This document shows, piece after piece, positions 47,165-61,197 of a DNA stretch of 64,000 nucleotides. Position numbers and translations under genes: made by a program. Source of the DNA: Eledone cirrhosa (taxonomy: Eukaryota). The notes below the pieces were generated by a model. It was not told the origin of the DNA. It saw only the letters and a list, made by a program, of their open reading frames with translations, and ran no database searches. The stretch spans positions 221,340,001-221,404,000 of the forward strand of contig OZ024741.1 in the NCBI GenBank assembly GCA_964016885.1. The letters run 5' to 3'. Every line of letters begins with the position of its first letter. The first letter of the stretch is position 1.

Positions 47165-49632
47165 ATCTTAGTCTTAGATTCTTCCTCGCCGTTCGGCGCA
47201 TCGAGCAGTAAGTGCTCTCCAACGGTCACACGATCAGCGGCAACTTTTTCGAGACCGTGCCGCCAGGTGATGTTCGCTGCCATCAGGTCCTTCCGGAACG
47301 TTCGTCGCCAGGTGATCCTTGGACAACCCCGCCTCCGTTTACCGCCAGGCGGAGTCCAGTTCATCGCTGTTTTAAGAATGCCGTTCATTTGGCAGACGCA
47401 GAATATGGCCAGCCAGACGGCACCGACGCTCCGTGACCACTCTCTGTAGCGTCCACGACTCGGCTCGCCGCAGGATCTCTTCGTTTCGCACTCGGTCGCG
47501 CCAGGACACCAGACGGATCTTTCGCAGGCACCGCTGGTGGAAAACGTTCAGCCGTCTCTCTATTTTTGCCGTACTCTTCCAGGTCTCGCTCGCATAAAGC
47601 ACTGGCGGCAGCACGATGCTCTTGTACAGGCGAAGTCTTGGTGCTAATGCTTGAAGACGACCAGACTGGGCACAGCCGCTGGAAAACTGCGGCTCCTTTG
47701 CTGATCCGACTGTTGGTGTCGAGCTCCGCGTCGCCGCTGCTTGTCAGGATGCTGCCCAGATAGGTGAAGTGATCGACTTCCTCGAGGTCCTGTTGGTTGA
47801 CTCTGATCACTGGACCTGTGTTGCTGGCCGTTCTCATGACCTTGGTCTTTTTGGAGTTGATTCTCAGGCTGATCTTTTTCGCACTCTCTTGTAGGGATGT
47901 TGTTAGGGCCTGCAGATCTGCACTGTGTTCAGCGATCAAAGTGATGTCGTCAGCGAATGCCAGGTCCATCACTTCGACTGCCCTCTCCATAGGATTCCTC
48001 GACCGGGTCATTCATCCATTCGCCTTAGTACGAAATCGGCTGCCAGCAGGAAAACAGTGGAGAGAGAATGCAACCCTGTCTGACTCCGGAGACAATGTCA
48101 AAGAACTCCGTCACACCGGACTCAGTCCGCAGGCAGCAGCTGGAGTTTTCATACAGGGCCTTGAAAATGGCGATGAATCTTGCAGGAATGCCGTACAGTT
48201 GCGCAACATTCCACAGCGACTCCCGGTGTATACTGTCGAATGCCTTCTGGAAATCAATAAAATTGACCGCATTGTTCGAGAATGTTGCGTAGTGTAAAGA
48301 TCTGATCCGTGCAAGATCGATTTTTTCGGAAGCCGGCTTGTTCCTCCCGAAGCACAGAGTCGACAGCCTGCCGGAGTCGACGCAGCAGCACAGTGCAGTA
48401 CGCCTTGCCTGGAACTGACAGCAATGTGATACCACGCCAGTTGTTGCAGTCTGCCAGGTTTCCCTTCTTCGGCAGTTTGACGATGATACCACGCTGCCAC
48501 TCAAGGGGAACCCAACCAACCCTCCAGCAGTGGTTCATCAAGTATGTCAACGCCGTTATCGTGCTCTCCTCACCGAATTTCAACAGCTCAGCAGAGATCT
48601 TATCCAGTCCGCCTGCTTTGCCGTTCCTCAAGTGGTTAATCGCATCTCTCGTCTCTTGCTTGGTGATATGGTCCTCACAGACTTGAGTACCTCAGTGATT
48701 GCTGGAGTCTCTGTGGTCAAGTCTATCAGGGCGACCGGATTTGGTTGGTTCAGCCTCTCCCGGAAGTGCTCCATCCATCTCTGCTCCTGTTCCACTCCAG
48801 TGGTCAACGTCTTGCCATGTTTGTCCCTCATTGGCATGCTGGCACCGCTCGACATTCCTGTCAACTCCCTCACGATACAGAACAGTGCTTTTGTGTCGTT
48901 TCGACCAGCAGCTTCCTCTGCCTCAGCACCCTTTTTCTCCAGCCAGTCACGTTTGTCTCGCCGTCAGCTTCGCTTTACCAGTCGATCGATTTGGCGGTAT
49001 ACGGCATCTCTTTTCTTTTGGTCTTCCTCCGATTTGACAGAATCTCGCTCGACTTTTGCCTTTTTTCGTCTGTCAATGAGGTCCTACGTTGGTTCTTGGA
49101 TCCATTTTTCCCTCCTGGATCCTCGTCTTCGACCAATAGTTTTTTGTGCTGCCTCAGTCACCGCTGTCGTTAACATCGTCCATTGATCCAGATCTGCAGC
49201 CTCACTCAACTGTTGGAATCGGTTGTGTAGCGCCAGTTGGTACAGTCGCGCTTGACCGGGATACCTCAGCTTCTCCACTGCATATGGCTTTGGTCTTTCC
49301 TGTCGTGTCGGTTTCTTCAGGCACAGCTGAAGTTCCGCACACAGTAGGTGGTGGTCTGAGCCCACGTCCGCACCTTGGTACACTCTGACGTCACGTACCG
49401 AGGACCACCAGCGCTGGTTGATGCAGATGTAGTCGATCTCGTTTCGGCTTTTCTGGTCCGGAGACTGCCAAGTAGCTTTGTGAATCGCCTTGTGTTTGAA
49501 ATAGGTGTTGCTAATGCACAAGCTGTTGATGGCACAAAACAGCTGCAGTCTCTCGCCATTGTCCGTGGTGACCGCAGCAGAACCGAATGGCCCAGTGACC
49601 TGTTCCAGTTCCTGTCTGTTGCAGCCAATCAT
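47165..49632 (-). mobile_element. GC-rich RTE-clade LINE (family C), 5'-truncated within the endonuclease, frameshifted
   Basis: EN piece (NEIDYI..GADVGSDHHLL), RT pieces (NWRGITLLSVPGK, EEQAGFR, FIDFQKAFDS, GVRQGCILSPL, DLAFADD, LYASETW); tail (CTAAGA)n at ~47165. Confidence 0.9.
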
Positions 49633-50404
49633 TAAATGATTTCCAAAAATTCATTAAAGTTGTTTTCATTTTGTCAATTTACAGGGAAATTCATATTTTC
49701 TGGCATTTTGTCCAATCCTTGCTAGCAGGAAAGTGGACATTAAAATGACAATGAATGCCATAATATTTACATACCTAATATTAGATATGTGTATATATTT
49801 ATACACCTTGGTGCAGTCGTAGTTACACACGCTGTATTTATACAAATATAATTTTATGTGTTTATATATATATATATATATATATATCAGCATCATCATC
49901 ATCATCATCATTACTGTTTTACGTTCATTCTTCCACGCTAGCATGGGCTAGACGGGTTGTCCTGTTGTGGGCAGTGGCCGGTCAGCTGACCTTGTCTTGC
50001 TCATACTGGAACTGATTCTGGCTTGATTTTCACACATGTAAATATACACCTATATATTTACACACACGCACACACACACATATATATATACAGTATATAT
50101 ATATATATATATATGCCAAAACTGTACATATGTATATAAAATGAAACCCCAGGCCTGTTTCAGAGGACAGAAACTCTGGTTAAGTATTGACTCAATCTGT
50201 CTGTGACAACTTGCTCCAAACCTATACCAGCATGGAAGAGATCATGATGATGATGATGATGATGTTAGGATTAAAGACAAGTGGTGTATAGTTGATTAGG
50301 CTTATCCCCAGTATATTACTGGTTCCACAAACTACAACACTCTGTCCATCAATCAGTCAGAGATATTAAGAAATTGTAATGTTGCTGCTTTTAAATTTAA
50401 CAAT

Positions 50405-51148
50405 TATAGTGAACTACAAATCCACATCTGGTGTAATGATATCACTCCAGTTGTAGTGACCCACTGATCCAGATCTAGTGTAATGATATCATAACAATTG
50501 TAATGAACCATTGATCTAGATCTGGTGTAATGATATCATAACAGTTGTAGTGACCCATTGATCCAGATCTGGTGTAATGATATCACACCAGTTGTAGTGA
50601 ACCACTGATCCAGATCTGGTGTAATGATATCACACCAGTTGTAGTGAACCACTGATCCAAATCTGGTGTAATAGTTGTTTCTACTTTTTTGGCACAAGGC
50701 CAGCAATTACTCAGTACATTACTGGTACTTTATTTTATCGACCCCGTAAGGATGAAAGGCAAAGTGAACCTCGGCGGGATTTGAACTCAGACCGTAAAGG
50801 GACGTAACTATTCTGGAAAGCATCCGACTCTCTACCGATACTGCCAATAATATCACACCAGTTGTCATTTGTAGTGAACCAGTGATCTAGATCTGGTGTA
50901 ATGATATCAAACCAGTTGTAATGAACCACTGATCCAGATCTGGTGTAATGATATCATACCAGTTGTAGTGAACCATTGATCCAGATTTGGTGTAATGATA
51001 CCATAACAATTGTTGAGACCAAATGATCCAGATCTGGTGTAATGATATCACACCAGTTGTTGTGACCTAATGATCCAGATTTGGTGTAATGATATCATAA
51101 CAGTTGTAGTGACCCAATGAACCAGATCTGGTCTAATAATATCACATA
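50405..51148. repeat. 47-bp minisatellite
   Basis: GATCCAGATCTGGTGTAATGATATCACACCAGTTGTAGTGAACCACT at 50560, 50607 and onward. Confidence 0.9.
50672..50846 (-). mobile_element. SINE-B copy inside the 47-bp minisatellite
   Basis: Reverse-complement match. Confidence 0.8.
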
Positions 51149-53971
51149 ATCAAACAACACATATACGTAAACATTTGACTGTCATCATTATCACCACTAT
51201 CATCATCTCCATCATTGTCATCATCATCATCATCATCATCATCACCATCATCCCCACTATCATCATCATCCTTGTTGTCATCATCCTCATCCCAACTATC
51301 ATTATCATCCTTATCATTATCATCTCCACTATCAACATCATCATTTAACATCTGCTTTCCCTGCTAGCAAAGGTTGGACAGGTCATCACAGACCAAGTGA
51401 GTGTTCAATTTGAGCGACGGATCTCACATTCTACAGAGCACACACATGGCATCAGAACTTGGAAGGTCATCATATCTGTGACACGACTAAAGAGCCCCTC
51501 CTACCCATTGTTAGGCAAGTTTTCTACAGCTGGATTGTCTTCCTATAACACAGGGTGTATCATGAAAGCTCTTTAGTTAAACAGCCTAGTTGCCTAAGTA
51601 TGGACTTCATCAATCATGTTTGATCTTTAATCAGAAGTATCTTTTCAGACTGGTATGCAGAGTGCAGCAGAAAACTGTCCCATAATTTACACAGTAACCA
51701 TGTAAACTAAGGGTGGCTTTTTGCTGCACCCTATATTGCAATTTGTACTGACAATTCTATCTCCAAATCCTATTTTATTGATTCTAAGGTTTTATGTCTC
51801 CCATACTCTTTCTTCTGTATATTAATCCTTTTCATACAAAACCCCTAAACTGCCCCTGATTCTCAGATACAAAGCTGTCTATTTTAAGTTGTTTATGTAT
51901 GTATCTATAAACCCATAAGTCCTGCAGGAGTCTTGGGGGCAATGCAGTGACATACGGCATTTCCAGGGCATTTCTTAAACCTAGTCTGAATATAGCAGAT
52001 TCTTTCAGAGAGGATAGAGAGTTTTATAAATGTAAGAAAGAAAGATATATAGAGGAAGAATTGACCCCAGTACTAGACTGCTACTTTTTTTATCAACTTA
52101 GAATAGATGAATGGCAAACTTGATCTCAGCAGGATTTGAATAGGGAGAGCAGAGAGCCATAACAAATACCGCAAAGCATTCTATCCGACATTCAAATGGC
52201 TTGACCAATTTGACACCTAAGAGATGTCAATATTCACCTAAAAAATATCCATAATAATTTCATATAATATCCTTTATTGAGTTATGTTCCAAATACAAAA
52301 TAATGAGAAAATTAGTTATATTTCTAAATCCTTCTGAATTCTTGATAATTTTCTAAATTATTTGAAAATCATAGGCAGTGTCTTTAATTAGAAATATGGT
52401 AATGAAAGGGTTAATTATAATCTACTTCCTATTACAACTAACTCTAAACTCTCTGCTACAGATGATACAGCCATTCACTGCAGCTTTACTTTCTACATTC
52501 ACAACATTATCCACATTCAGCATAGACATTCAAGCTACTCATACACAGCTTCTAAAGAGAGGCCACAAATAGCTCACTTATATTGTACAAAATTTAATTG
52601 TACAAAGACATGATCACTACACATGTTAAATGAACAGTCATACAATATACTCTTCCTTTGTACTACTACTACTACTTCTTCTTCATCCACTTATTCCTGA
52701 GAGGGTCGTGAGGGCAGAGTCCTCAAACACCCCTTCCAGAGAGTCATGTCAGAAGCAACCATCTCCAAATGATATCACTGGATCCCCAAGCAAGACCAGC
52801 CAAGCTCATAGATGTTATCCAACCATCTTGCTCAAGGTCTACCCCTGGGTTTCCTGCCAGTTGATTTTGCCCATATAATCTATTCTTTGTACTTAATTTG
52901 TTTGTTTTTTAATGACATAATTGCAGTCAAGGGACATGCCTCATATTTTTTGGTTCCACAAAAAAAACAAAAACCCAGTACACTCTATAAAATAGAAGTG
53001 ATGATGCCATGAAAAAGCACAGCCAGTACACTCTATAAGATGACATTAGGAAAGGTATTTAACCATAAAATCAATACCAAGTATGAAATATATGGCATAT
53101 GAGCAAGATGAAGTCATTTTAACCCATCTGGTCTCAGTGACAACTCACCCAACTTATGCTAGCATGAAAATCAGACATAAAATGATGATAGTTGGAAGAA
53201 AGGCAATGATTTCAGAGCCTACAAGACAAGGGACTGGAAGTTATCATGATCCAAATGGAAACAGTTACATTTAAAATTCACCTAAAAGTCATTACATAAT
53301 TTTTATTTTTAACCCTTTAGCAGTTAAATTAGCTGTATTCAGCCAGAATTCTCTCACTTCTGTCTATTCAAACTGGCTATAACCAGCCGCTCATACTGAT
53401 GTTAAGGTATTGTTTTCAAAATAAATTATATCAAAATCTCATAGACTCGATATTATGTCTTTCTCTGGGTATATTGTATATCTACAACTACATTATCCAA
53501 CGTGTCCCTTCTTTTTATAAGTTGGTACTGTCTAATTTGAGGGTGATTTGGTTGCTATTTTTAACAGCTCTGTTGACTATGTAGTGGCTATCTTGTACAA
53601 TAAATGAGGCTGCTATTTCTAGTAGGTCAAACGACCACATGGAGGCCTTTCTTATGGCCCTGTATATCTGGTGATTTCCTGTGGTGACTATATATATATA
53701 TCCAGGGAGTGTAACGTGGAGTTACTGTAGGTTCATCCGGGTGAACACTCAATGTTTAGGTTCACGTCAATATCAAGGTGTAGAACTAGACAGAGTGTAG
53801 TAAAATAGTACAAAGACGAATGGTTACTCCTTCATTACATTTATTGGTTGGTGACACACGTTTCGCTATTGATCAGCTCAAGCTTCGATCTGTATTGATC
53901 TGGCCCGACTCTGGAATCAAAAGCTTGTTGGACCTCTGTAGTAGTAATGACAGAATATATATACACACACA

Positions 53972-54302
53972 CATCATTTTCATCATTTCATTTTACGTCC
54001 ACTTTTCCCTGCTTGCAAGGGTGGGACGGGAACTGATTCTGGCTTGATTTCTACAGCTGGATGCCCTTCCTAACACCAACCTCATTTACAGTGAGTGCTG
54101 GGTGCTTTTTTGCCGTGGCACCTCCACGACCACTTTACAGTGGAATGATAGGGGTCCCTATCATTTCTATAGCTGAGTAAACTGGAGCAATGTGAAATAA
54201 AGTGACTTGCTCAAGGAAACAACACATCACCCGGTCTGAGAATTGAACTCACAACCTTTCGATTGCAAGGCCAATGCTCTAACCACTAAGCCATGTGCCT
54301 CC

Positions 54303-54303
<1 letters not shown>
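53972..54303 (-). mobile_element. SINE-A copy
   Basis: Reverse complement of 8129-8470, full length. Confidence 0.85.
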
Positions 54304-54377
<74 letters not shown>

Positions 54378-54473
54378 AGGTTTTATGATATGTAATTGCA
54401 ACAGTTTTATTGATTTGATAGATTAATTAATTGATCTGCAAATCCTTATTTTTTTTATTTTTTATTTATTGTA

Positions 54474-54665
54474 GGGCGGTGGATTGGCAGTATCGGTAGA
54501 GGGTCGGACGCCATGCTTTGACGCATAGAGTTACGGCCCTTGCCATTCTGAGTTCAAATCCCGCTGAGGTTAACTTTGCCTTTCATCCTTATGGGGTCGA
54601 TAAAATAAAGTATCAGTAATGCACTGGGTATTTGCTGGCCTTGTGCCAAAAGTAGAAACAATTAT
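54474..54665 (+). mobile_element. SINE-B copy
   Basis: Full-length match with T-rich direct repeats on both sides. Confidence 0.85.
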
Positions 54666-54889
54666 TTTTTTTATTTTTGCAAATGTATTTCATTAAAATT
54701 GAAACAAACTTAGATTTTCTGTATCTATCCTTTGTGATCGTGTCTCTATTTTTTGTATTCCTGGGGAAGGGCTAAAGCCCAACATGTCAAACTTTCTTTC
54801 CCCTTTTCCATATAAAGAGTGAAACTAATAAGACGTTTTTTAACTGTTTCGTTATTACCTTGAACTATATATATATATATATCATCATC

Positions 54890-55912
54890 AACATCATCAT
54901 CATCATCATCATTTTACGTCCATTTTTCCCTGCTTGCAAGGGTTGGACGGGTCCTATTCAGCACAACATCTGTCCACCCATCACGGTCCTTCATCATCTT
55001 CACCGCGAGCTTCAGCGATCTGAGGTCTGCTCTCACCACCTCCACCCATGTTTTTCGTGGTCTACCTCTACCACGTCTTTCTTCAACTGGCATTTCCTGG
55101 CACTTCTTCACCCATCGGTCATCCTCCATGCGCATCACATGTCCATACCATCGCAGTTTCCTCTCTCACACACTACAATCTATCCCTCTCAGACATAGTT
55201 TCTCTTTCAACTTGTCTATACTTAGTCATTCACGCACATTGACATTGCACATCCAACAGAGCATCTTTGCCTCATTTCTCACCAGCCATCATATGCAGCA
55301 TCATATAACCGGCCTTTCGTACGCAGGGAGAAACCCTTCTTTGTTAGCAGAGGAAGCAGCTCCCTAAACTTCTTCCAACCCATCCTTATTCTAGATACTA
55401 TGGCCTAGGAACACTCCCCTCTCATGCTAATCTGATCTCCTAGGTACCGGAAGCTATCCACCACTTCTATAGCACCCGCCTGCATTTGAAAAATGTGTCT
55501 ATCAATGCGACTTCTACTGTCTAATTTCCCTGTACATCTACTGCATACGTATTTCTCCCTACCTGTTAGTTTGCCTGCTATCTTACTACATCTCTTGTGT
55601 ACCCAAGATCTGCATTGTGTACATTTTATAGAATTTATGCCAGTTCCTTTTCTGCATATCGAACATGGCCATTTCCCTGATGGAATCAGAGTTTTGTCCT
55701 CTTTTCTATCCATCAACACTTTTGTTTTAGCTAGGTTCTCTCTCAGTCCTCTTGATTCCAGCTGCTGTTTCCATAGCCAGAATTTATTCTCTAGCTCCTC
55801 TACTAATTCTGCTATAAGAACCAGATCGTCAGCATAGGGAAGTTCCCATGGACAGCCAGTCTTATACTCCTCTGTTATGGCTTGGAGGACTATAATAAAC
55901 AAGAGCGGGCTG
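54890..55912 (-). mobile_element. 5'-truncated RTE family A copy (RT C-terminus and tail)
   Basis: ORF 55405-55902 (ELPYADD, WPCSICRKG..WVHKRC..VCSRC) is nearly identical to the copy at 1643-2700; (CAT)n tail at 54890. Confidence 0.92.
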
Positions 55913-56669
55913 ACATATATATGTCATCATCGTCATTATCATTATCATCGTTTAATGTCTATTTTCCATGCTAGCATGCGTGAGGCATGTTGTCCTGTTT
56001 GAGGCAAGCTGGGTCAGGTGATCGTATCTTGCTCATATACAACTGTTTCTGGCTAGGTTTCTATGGCTGGATGCCCTCCCTAATGCTAACCACATTTACA
56101 GTGTGGACTGGGTGCTTTTTGTCATGAAACCTACACAACCACTTTACAGTGTGGGCTGGGTACTTTTTACCGTGAAACCTACACAACCACTTTACAGTGT
56201 GGGCTGGGTACTTTTTACCGTGAAACCTACACAACCACTTTACAGTGTGGGCTGGGTACTTTTTACCGTGAAACCTACATGACCACTTTACAGTGTGGGC
56301 TGGGTACATTTTACCGTGAAACCTACATGACCACTTTACAGTGTGGGCTGGGTACATTTTATCGTGACACCTACATGACCACTTTACAGTGTGGGCTGGG
56401 TACATTTTATCGTGACACCTACATGACCACTTTACAGTGTGGGCTGGGTACATTTTATCGTGACACCTACATGACCACTTTACATATCTATATTTCCCTC
56501 CCTCTCCCCCTTCTTCTCTGACCATTCTTACACTCAATATGAAGTTATATTTTAACCTGATTTAATTACTACTCCAGCCAAGTTGTTTCTGCTCAGATTT
56601 CATATGTATTGTCTTCTCTCTATTACTTCCACTGCTACTACTGTGGCTGTTGCTCTTATACTCTAGCAA

Positions 56670-58165
56670 TCACGATATCACCTGATCTGTACTGTAACAA
56701 TAATTTTATCACATGTATCTACGTTACACTTGATCTACCTGTACTGTAACAATCCCCTATACCCATGTCTCACCTGATGTATATATACTCTAACAATCAC
56801 CATGTTACTAGTACCTATTCCACACCTGATCTACCTATCCTCTAACAATCAATGTATCACCTGTACTTACCCCACACTTGATCTACCTGTACTATAACAA
56901 TCAACATATCACCTGTACCTAGCCCTCACCTGATCTACACATACTGTAACAATCAACATATCACCTGTACCTCAACCACACCTGGTCTACCTGTATTCTA
57001 ACAATCATCATATCACCTGTATCTAGACCACACCTGGTCTACCTGTACTGTAACAATCACCATATCACCTGTACCTAGACCACACCTGGTCTACCTGTAT
57101 TCTAACAATCACCATATTACCTTACCTAGACCACACCTGATCTACCTGTATTCTAACAATCACCATATCACCTGTACCTAGACCACACCTGGTCTACCTG
57201 TACTGTAACAATCACCATATCACCTTACCTAGACCACACTTGGTCTACCTGTACTGTAACAATCACCATATCACCTGTATCTAGACCACACCTGGTCTAC
57301 CTGTATTCTAACAATCACCATATCACCTGTATCTAGACCACACCTGGTCTACCTGTATTCTAACAATCATCATATCATCTGTATCTAGACCACACCTGGT
57401 CTACCTGTATTCTAACAATCACCATATCACCTGTATCTAGACCACACCTGGTCTACCTGTACTGTAACAATCACCATATCACCTGTACCTAGACCACACC
57501 TGGTCTACCTGTACTGTAACAATCACCATATCACCTGTACCTAGACCACACCTGGTCTACCTGTACTGTAACAATCACCATATCACCTTACCTAGACCAC
57601 ACCTGGTCTACCTGTACTGTAACAATCAACATATCACCTGTACCTAGACCACACCTGGTCTACCTGTACTGTAACAATCAACATATCACCTGTACCTAGA
57701 CTACATCTGGTCTACCTGTACTGTAACAATCACCATATCACCTGTACCTAGACCACACCTGGTCTACCTGTACTGTAACAATTACCATATCACCTGTACC
57801 TCAACCACACCTGGTCTACCTGTACTGTAACAATCACCATATCACCTGTACCTAGACCACACCTGGTCTACCTGTACTGTAACAATTACCATATCACCTG
57901 TACCTCAACCACACCTGGTCTACCTGTACTGTAACAATCACCATATCACCTGTACCTAGACCACACCTGGTCTACCTGTACTGTAACAATCACCATATCA
58001 CCTGTACCTAGACCACACCTGGTCTACCTGTACTGTAACAATCACCATATCACCTTACCTCGACCACACCTGGTCTACCTGTACTGTAACAATCACCATA
58101 TCACCTGTACCTAGACCACACCTGGTCTACCTGTGCTCTAACAATCACCATTCCTCACCTGTACT
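56670..58165. repeat. 52-bp minisatellite, ~28 units
   Basis: CACCTGTACCTAGACCACACCTGGTCTACCTGTACTGTAACAATCACCATAT. Confidence 0.92.
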
Positions 58166-58324
58166 AAATACTTTGCTGCAGTATGGTTACCAGCCTGCTA
58201 GAAGCAGCAGCCAAATCCCGCTCACAACTTATTGCCCTTTTAAATGTACAACACATTAGATACTGTAGTTTTAGTTATATTGTTTTGAAACAAAAACAGG
58301 GTGGTCATGGATGAAACGACTACC

Positions 58325-58660
58325 TTAAGTAGCAGTCAAGTACTGAGCTCAACTTTACATTTCATCCTAGGGCATTCGATAGAATATGCAACAGTGAAGT
58401 ACTGAAGTCAACTTTACATTTCATCCTCCCAGACTCGTCGATAGAATAAGTAACAGTCAAGTACTGACTTTCACTTTACATTTCATCCTCCTAGGGTTGT
58501 CAATAAAATAAGTAACAGTCAAGTACTGACTTTCACTTTACATTTCATCCTCCTAGGGTCGTCAATAAAATAAGTAACAGTCAAGTTCTGACTTACACTG
58601 TACATTTCATCATCCTAGGGTCGTTAATAAAATAAAGTAGCAGTCAAGTACTGGAGTCAT
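58325..58660 (+). repeat. ~62-bp tandem repeat derived from the SINE-B central domain
   Basis: ACTTTACATTTCATCCT..GGGTCGTCAATAAAATAAGTAACAGTCAAGTACTG, about 5 units. Confidence 0.72.
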
Positions 58661-58899
58661 TATAATCAACTGCCCCTCCCTCTCTCCTTCATCAAAAAAA
58701 AATTCTGATTCTGTGCTTATGTAAGAAATCATTATATATACTTCCCCTTCAAACATTTTAATATCTGTGACAGCATCAATAAAGTGTTAGTAATAATGCC
58801 TGATAGCATTTAGTTATGGTCCTTTATGAACTAAGCTCAAACCCTACAAAGGTCAACTTGATCTTTCATGTTTCAAAAATTGATAAAAGAAAACTTGAG

Positions 58900-59332
58900 T
58901 TAACCTTTTAGTATTTAAACCAGCTGCATCCAGCCAGAATTCTTTTACCATTTCTGTTCAAACTGGCCGTAACCAGCCACTCATACTAATGTTAAGGTAT
59001 TGTTCTCAAAATAAATAATATCAAAATCTTATAGATTCGATATTAAGTGAGATAATTATTGTTTCTACTTTTGGCACAAGGCCAGCAATTACCCAGTGCA
59101 TTACTGGTACTTTATTTTATCGACCCCGTAAGGATGAAAGGCAAAGTTAACCTCGGCGGGATTTGAACTCAGAATGGCAAGGACCGTAACTCTATGCGTC
59201 AAAGCATGTCGTCCGACCCTCTACCGATACTGCAAATTCACCGCCCATTAAGTGAGATAATTATGTGAGGTAAAGCCTTTACCATAAAAATATGATAGTA
59301 TATATAGAGTAATGTAAATGCTAAAGGGTTAA
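58900..59332. mobile_element. piggyBac-type MITE (8901 family) with SINE insertion
   Basis: TTAACCTTTTAGTATTTA ... TAAATGCTAAAGGGTTAA; a partial copy lies at 53309-53460. Confidence 0.8.
59060..59246 (-). mobile_element. SINE-B inserted in a piggyBac-type MITE
   Basis: 18-bp TSD ATTAAGTGAGATAATTAT at 59042-59059 and 59247-59264. Confidence 0.9.
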
Positions 59333-59539
59333 ATTTAATAGTCAATATTCATGTTTAGGTTTGTGATTACTGTATGCTCTGAATAGACGGAATGGTAAAT
59401 ATGTTGTTATCTCAGAAGGTTGTTAGGGAAATGTCTTGGAGAATGGTGAGAGAGATGTATGAGCTGCATCAAGCAGAATCTCCCTCGCAGTCCTCATTCC
59501 TGCAGAAGGCCATCTCTATCCCGATTACATTAAGTAGAA

Positions 59540-59725
59540 TCGTGGTTTGAGGACCAAGGACAGCAGATATTTCCACCAGATATGAGTTGGAGGATCAAAG
59601 ACAGCAGATTTTTCCACCACATATGGGTTTGAGAATCAAGGACAATAGATATTTCCACTACATATAGGTTTGAAGATCAAGGACAGCAGATATTTCCACC
59701 AGATATGGGTTTGAGGATCGAGGAC
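59540..59725. repeat. ~41-bp tandem repeat, 4-5 units
   Basis: GGTTTGAGGATCAAGGACAGCAGATATTTCCACCAGATAT. Confidence 0.8.
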
Positions 59726-60184
59726 TTCTATATAAATTTAAATCTTCCATAATTTTATATAAGAAACATTTGTTAAATTACTCCCGTCTTACAGGGGGGA
59801 CTGGGCGCTTTTTTATCATAGTACCAGCACTATCACTTTATCGGGTGAACTCGCTGCTTTTTGTCCTGATACCAGCATAACCACCATAGAGAATTTACTG
59901 GGTAGTTTACAGGATGGACTGGGTGTATTTTTACCATAATACCATCACTACCACTTTACATGGTGGACTGGGTGTTTTTATCATAGCACCATTATTACCA
60001 CTTTAGATGGATTTCCCCTGTAATTTATTCGTAAAAAGTAATAACTTTTACAGACTAAACCTTTATTCCAGCCATGACAGACACAACAGTTCCAGGAATG
60101 TCAGATTTAAAATTCTTAGGATTTAACAACCTTTTGTATCAATCTTATATCTTATTCATTGCCCTTATGTGAGACAGGAAGCAC

Positions 60185-60512
60185 AACTTCACGCCAACAG
60201 TCTCTGTTTCCCATCAAGATTTGTAGGTCATCCTTGTCATTTCCAGCATCTCTTGCTATGGTATCCTAGTATCTGAGTTTTGTGCTAAAGGAGATCTCTC
60301 ACAATAAGCGGTCTGAAACCATCTCATCTTTTGTGTAGAAGCAGTGAGCAGCAAACCTTGTATGACGTTTAATCAGTCGTGCACTTACTTTGGGGATTGT
60401 TCCATATATCTGATTAAGTCTGTTCCATATATCTGATTGTCAGCCTTTTTCAGAAGGGTCGTGTAACATCTATCTAAAGAGCTCTGTAGACAGGAGTGCA
60501 AGGTCCACGTCT
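60185..60512 (-). mobile_element. Degenerate RTE-X-like LINE C-terminal fragment
   Basis: Manual minus-strand translation gives ETWTL..LDRCYT..IYGTIPKVS..RFAAHC..LLW..RDAG..LMGNRDCWR. Confidence 0.6.
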
Positions 60513-60554
60513 CAAAAACTACAGAGAAAGATACTCTTCTATTGTTCTAAACCA

Positions 60555-60822
60555 GCTGAAACATTTTTTATACTCAGAGTTGCTGAATCATGGAACAAAC
60601 TACCTGAATCAGTTGTTAGCTGTTGGGACACTGCATAACTTCAAAACTTCCATGCTTCCAGAAATTCGCCAACATTACACTTGATATGTATGTGGGTGTG
60701 TATCTTGACTCATACACTGTTCACTTTCCTGACATTTGTACATCATTCTATGTACTGTACATGCACCTTTCATGAGTTGTAGTGCACCTGAGCACTGTAT
60801 ACAATCATTTTCATTATTATTA
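60555..60822 (+). mobile_element. CR1-like LINE 3' fragment
   Basis: ..RVAESWNKLPESVVSCWDTA..FKTSMLPEIRQHYT plus the same 3' UTR and (ATT)n tail. Confidence 0.75.
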
Positions 60823-60829
60823 TTCGTAG

Positions 60830-61197
60830 GTGTATTGACAGTAGATCATCAGACACCATGCTTTCTAGCATGGAGTTGTGGCCCTTTGCGTTCTGAGTTC
60901 AAATCCCATCGAGATTGGCTTTGCCTTTCATCCTTGTGGGGTCGATAAAATAAAGCACCAGTAATGCACTGGGTAATTGCTGGCCTCATGCCAAAAGTAG
61001 AAACAATTATTATTTGGCAGTATCGGTAGAGGGTCGGATGCCATGCTTTGACGCATAGAGTTATGGCCCTTGCCATTTTGAGTTCAAATCCCGCCGAGGT
61101 TAACTTTGCCTTTCATCCTTACGGGGTCGATAAAATAAACTACCAGTAATACATTGGGTCATTGCTGGCCTTGTGCCTAAAGTAGAAACAATTATTA
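60830..61197 (+). mobile_element. Two tandem SINE-B copies
   Basis: Copies at 60830-61012 and 61014-61197, each ending AAAGTAGAAACAATTATTA. Confidence 0.85.

Noticed and set aside
53700-53950. Complete hammerhead on the minus strand
   Set aside because: Only the 3' half (GAAACGTGTGTC) is present, with no properly placed CUGANGA; counted only as a half motif.
56670-58165. CRISPR-like appearance of hairpin-containing repeats (also 50405-51148 and 18700-19577)
   Set aside because: Units are contiguous without unique spacers, there are no cas genes, and the context is eukaryotic.
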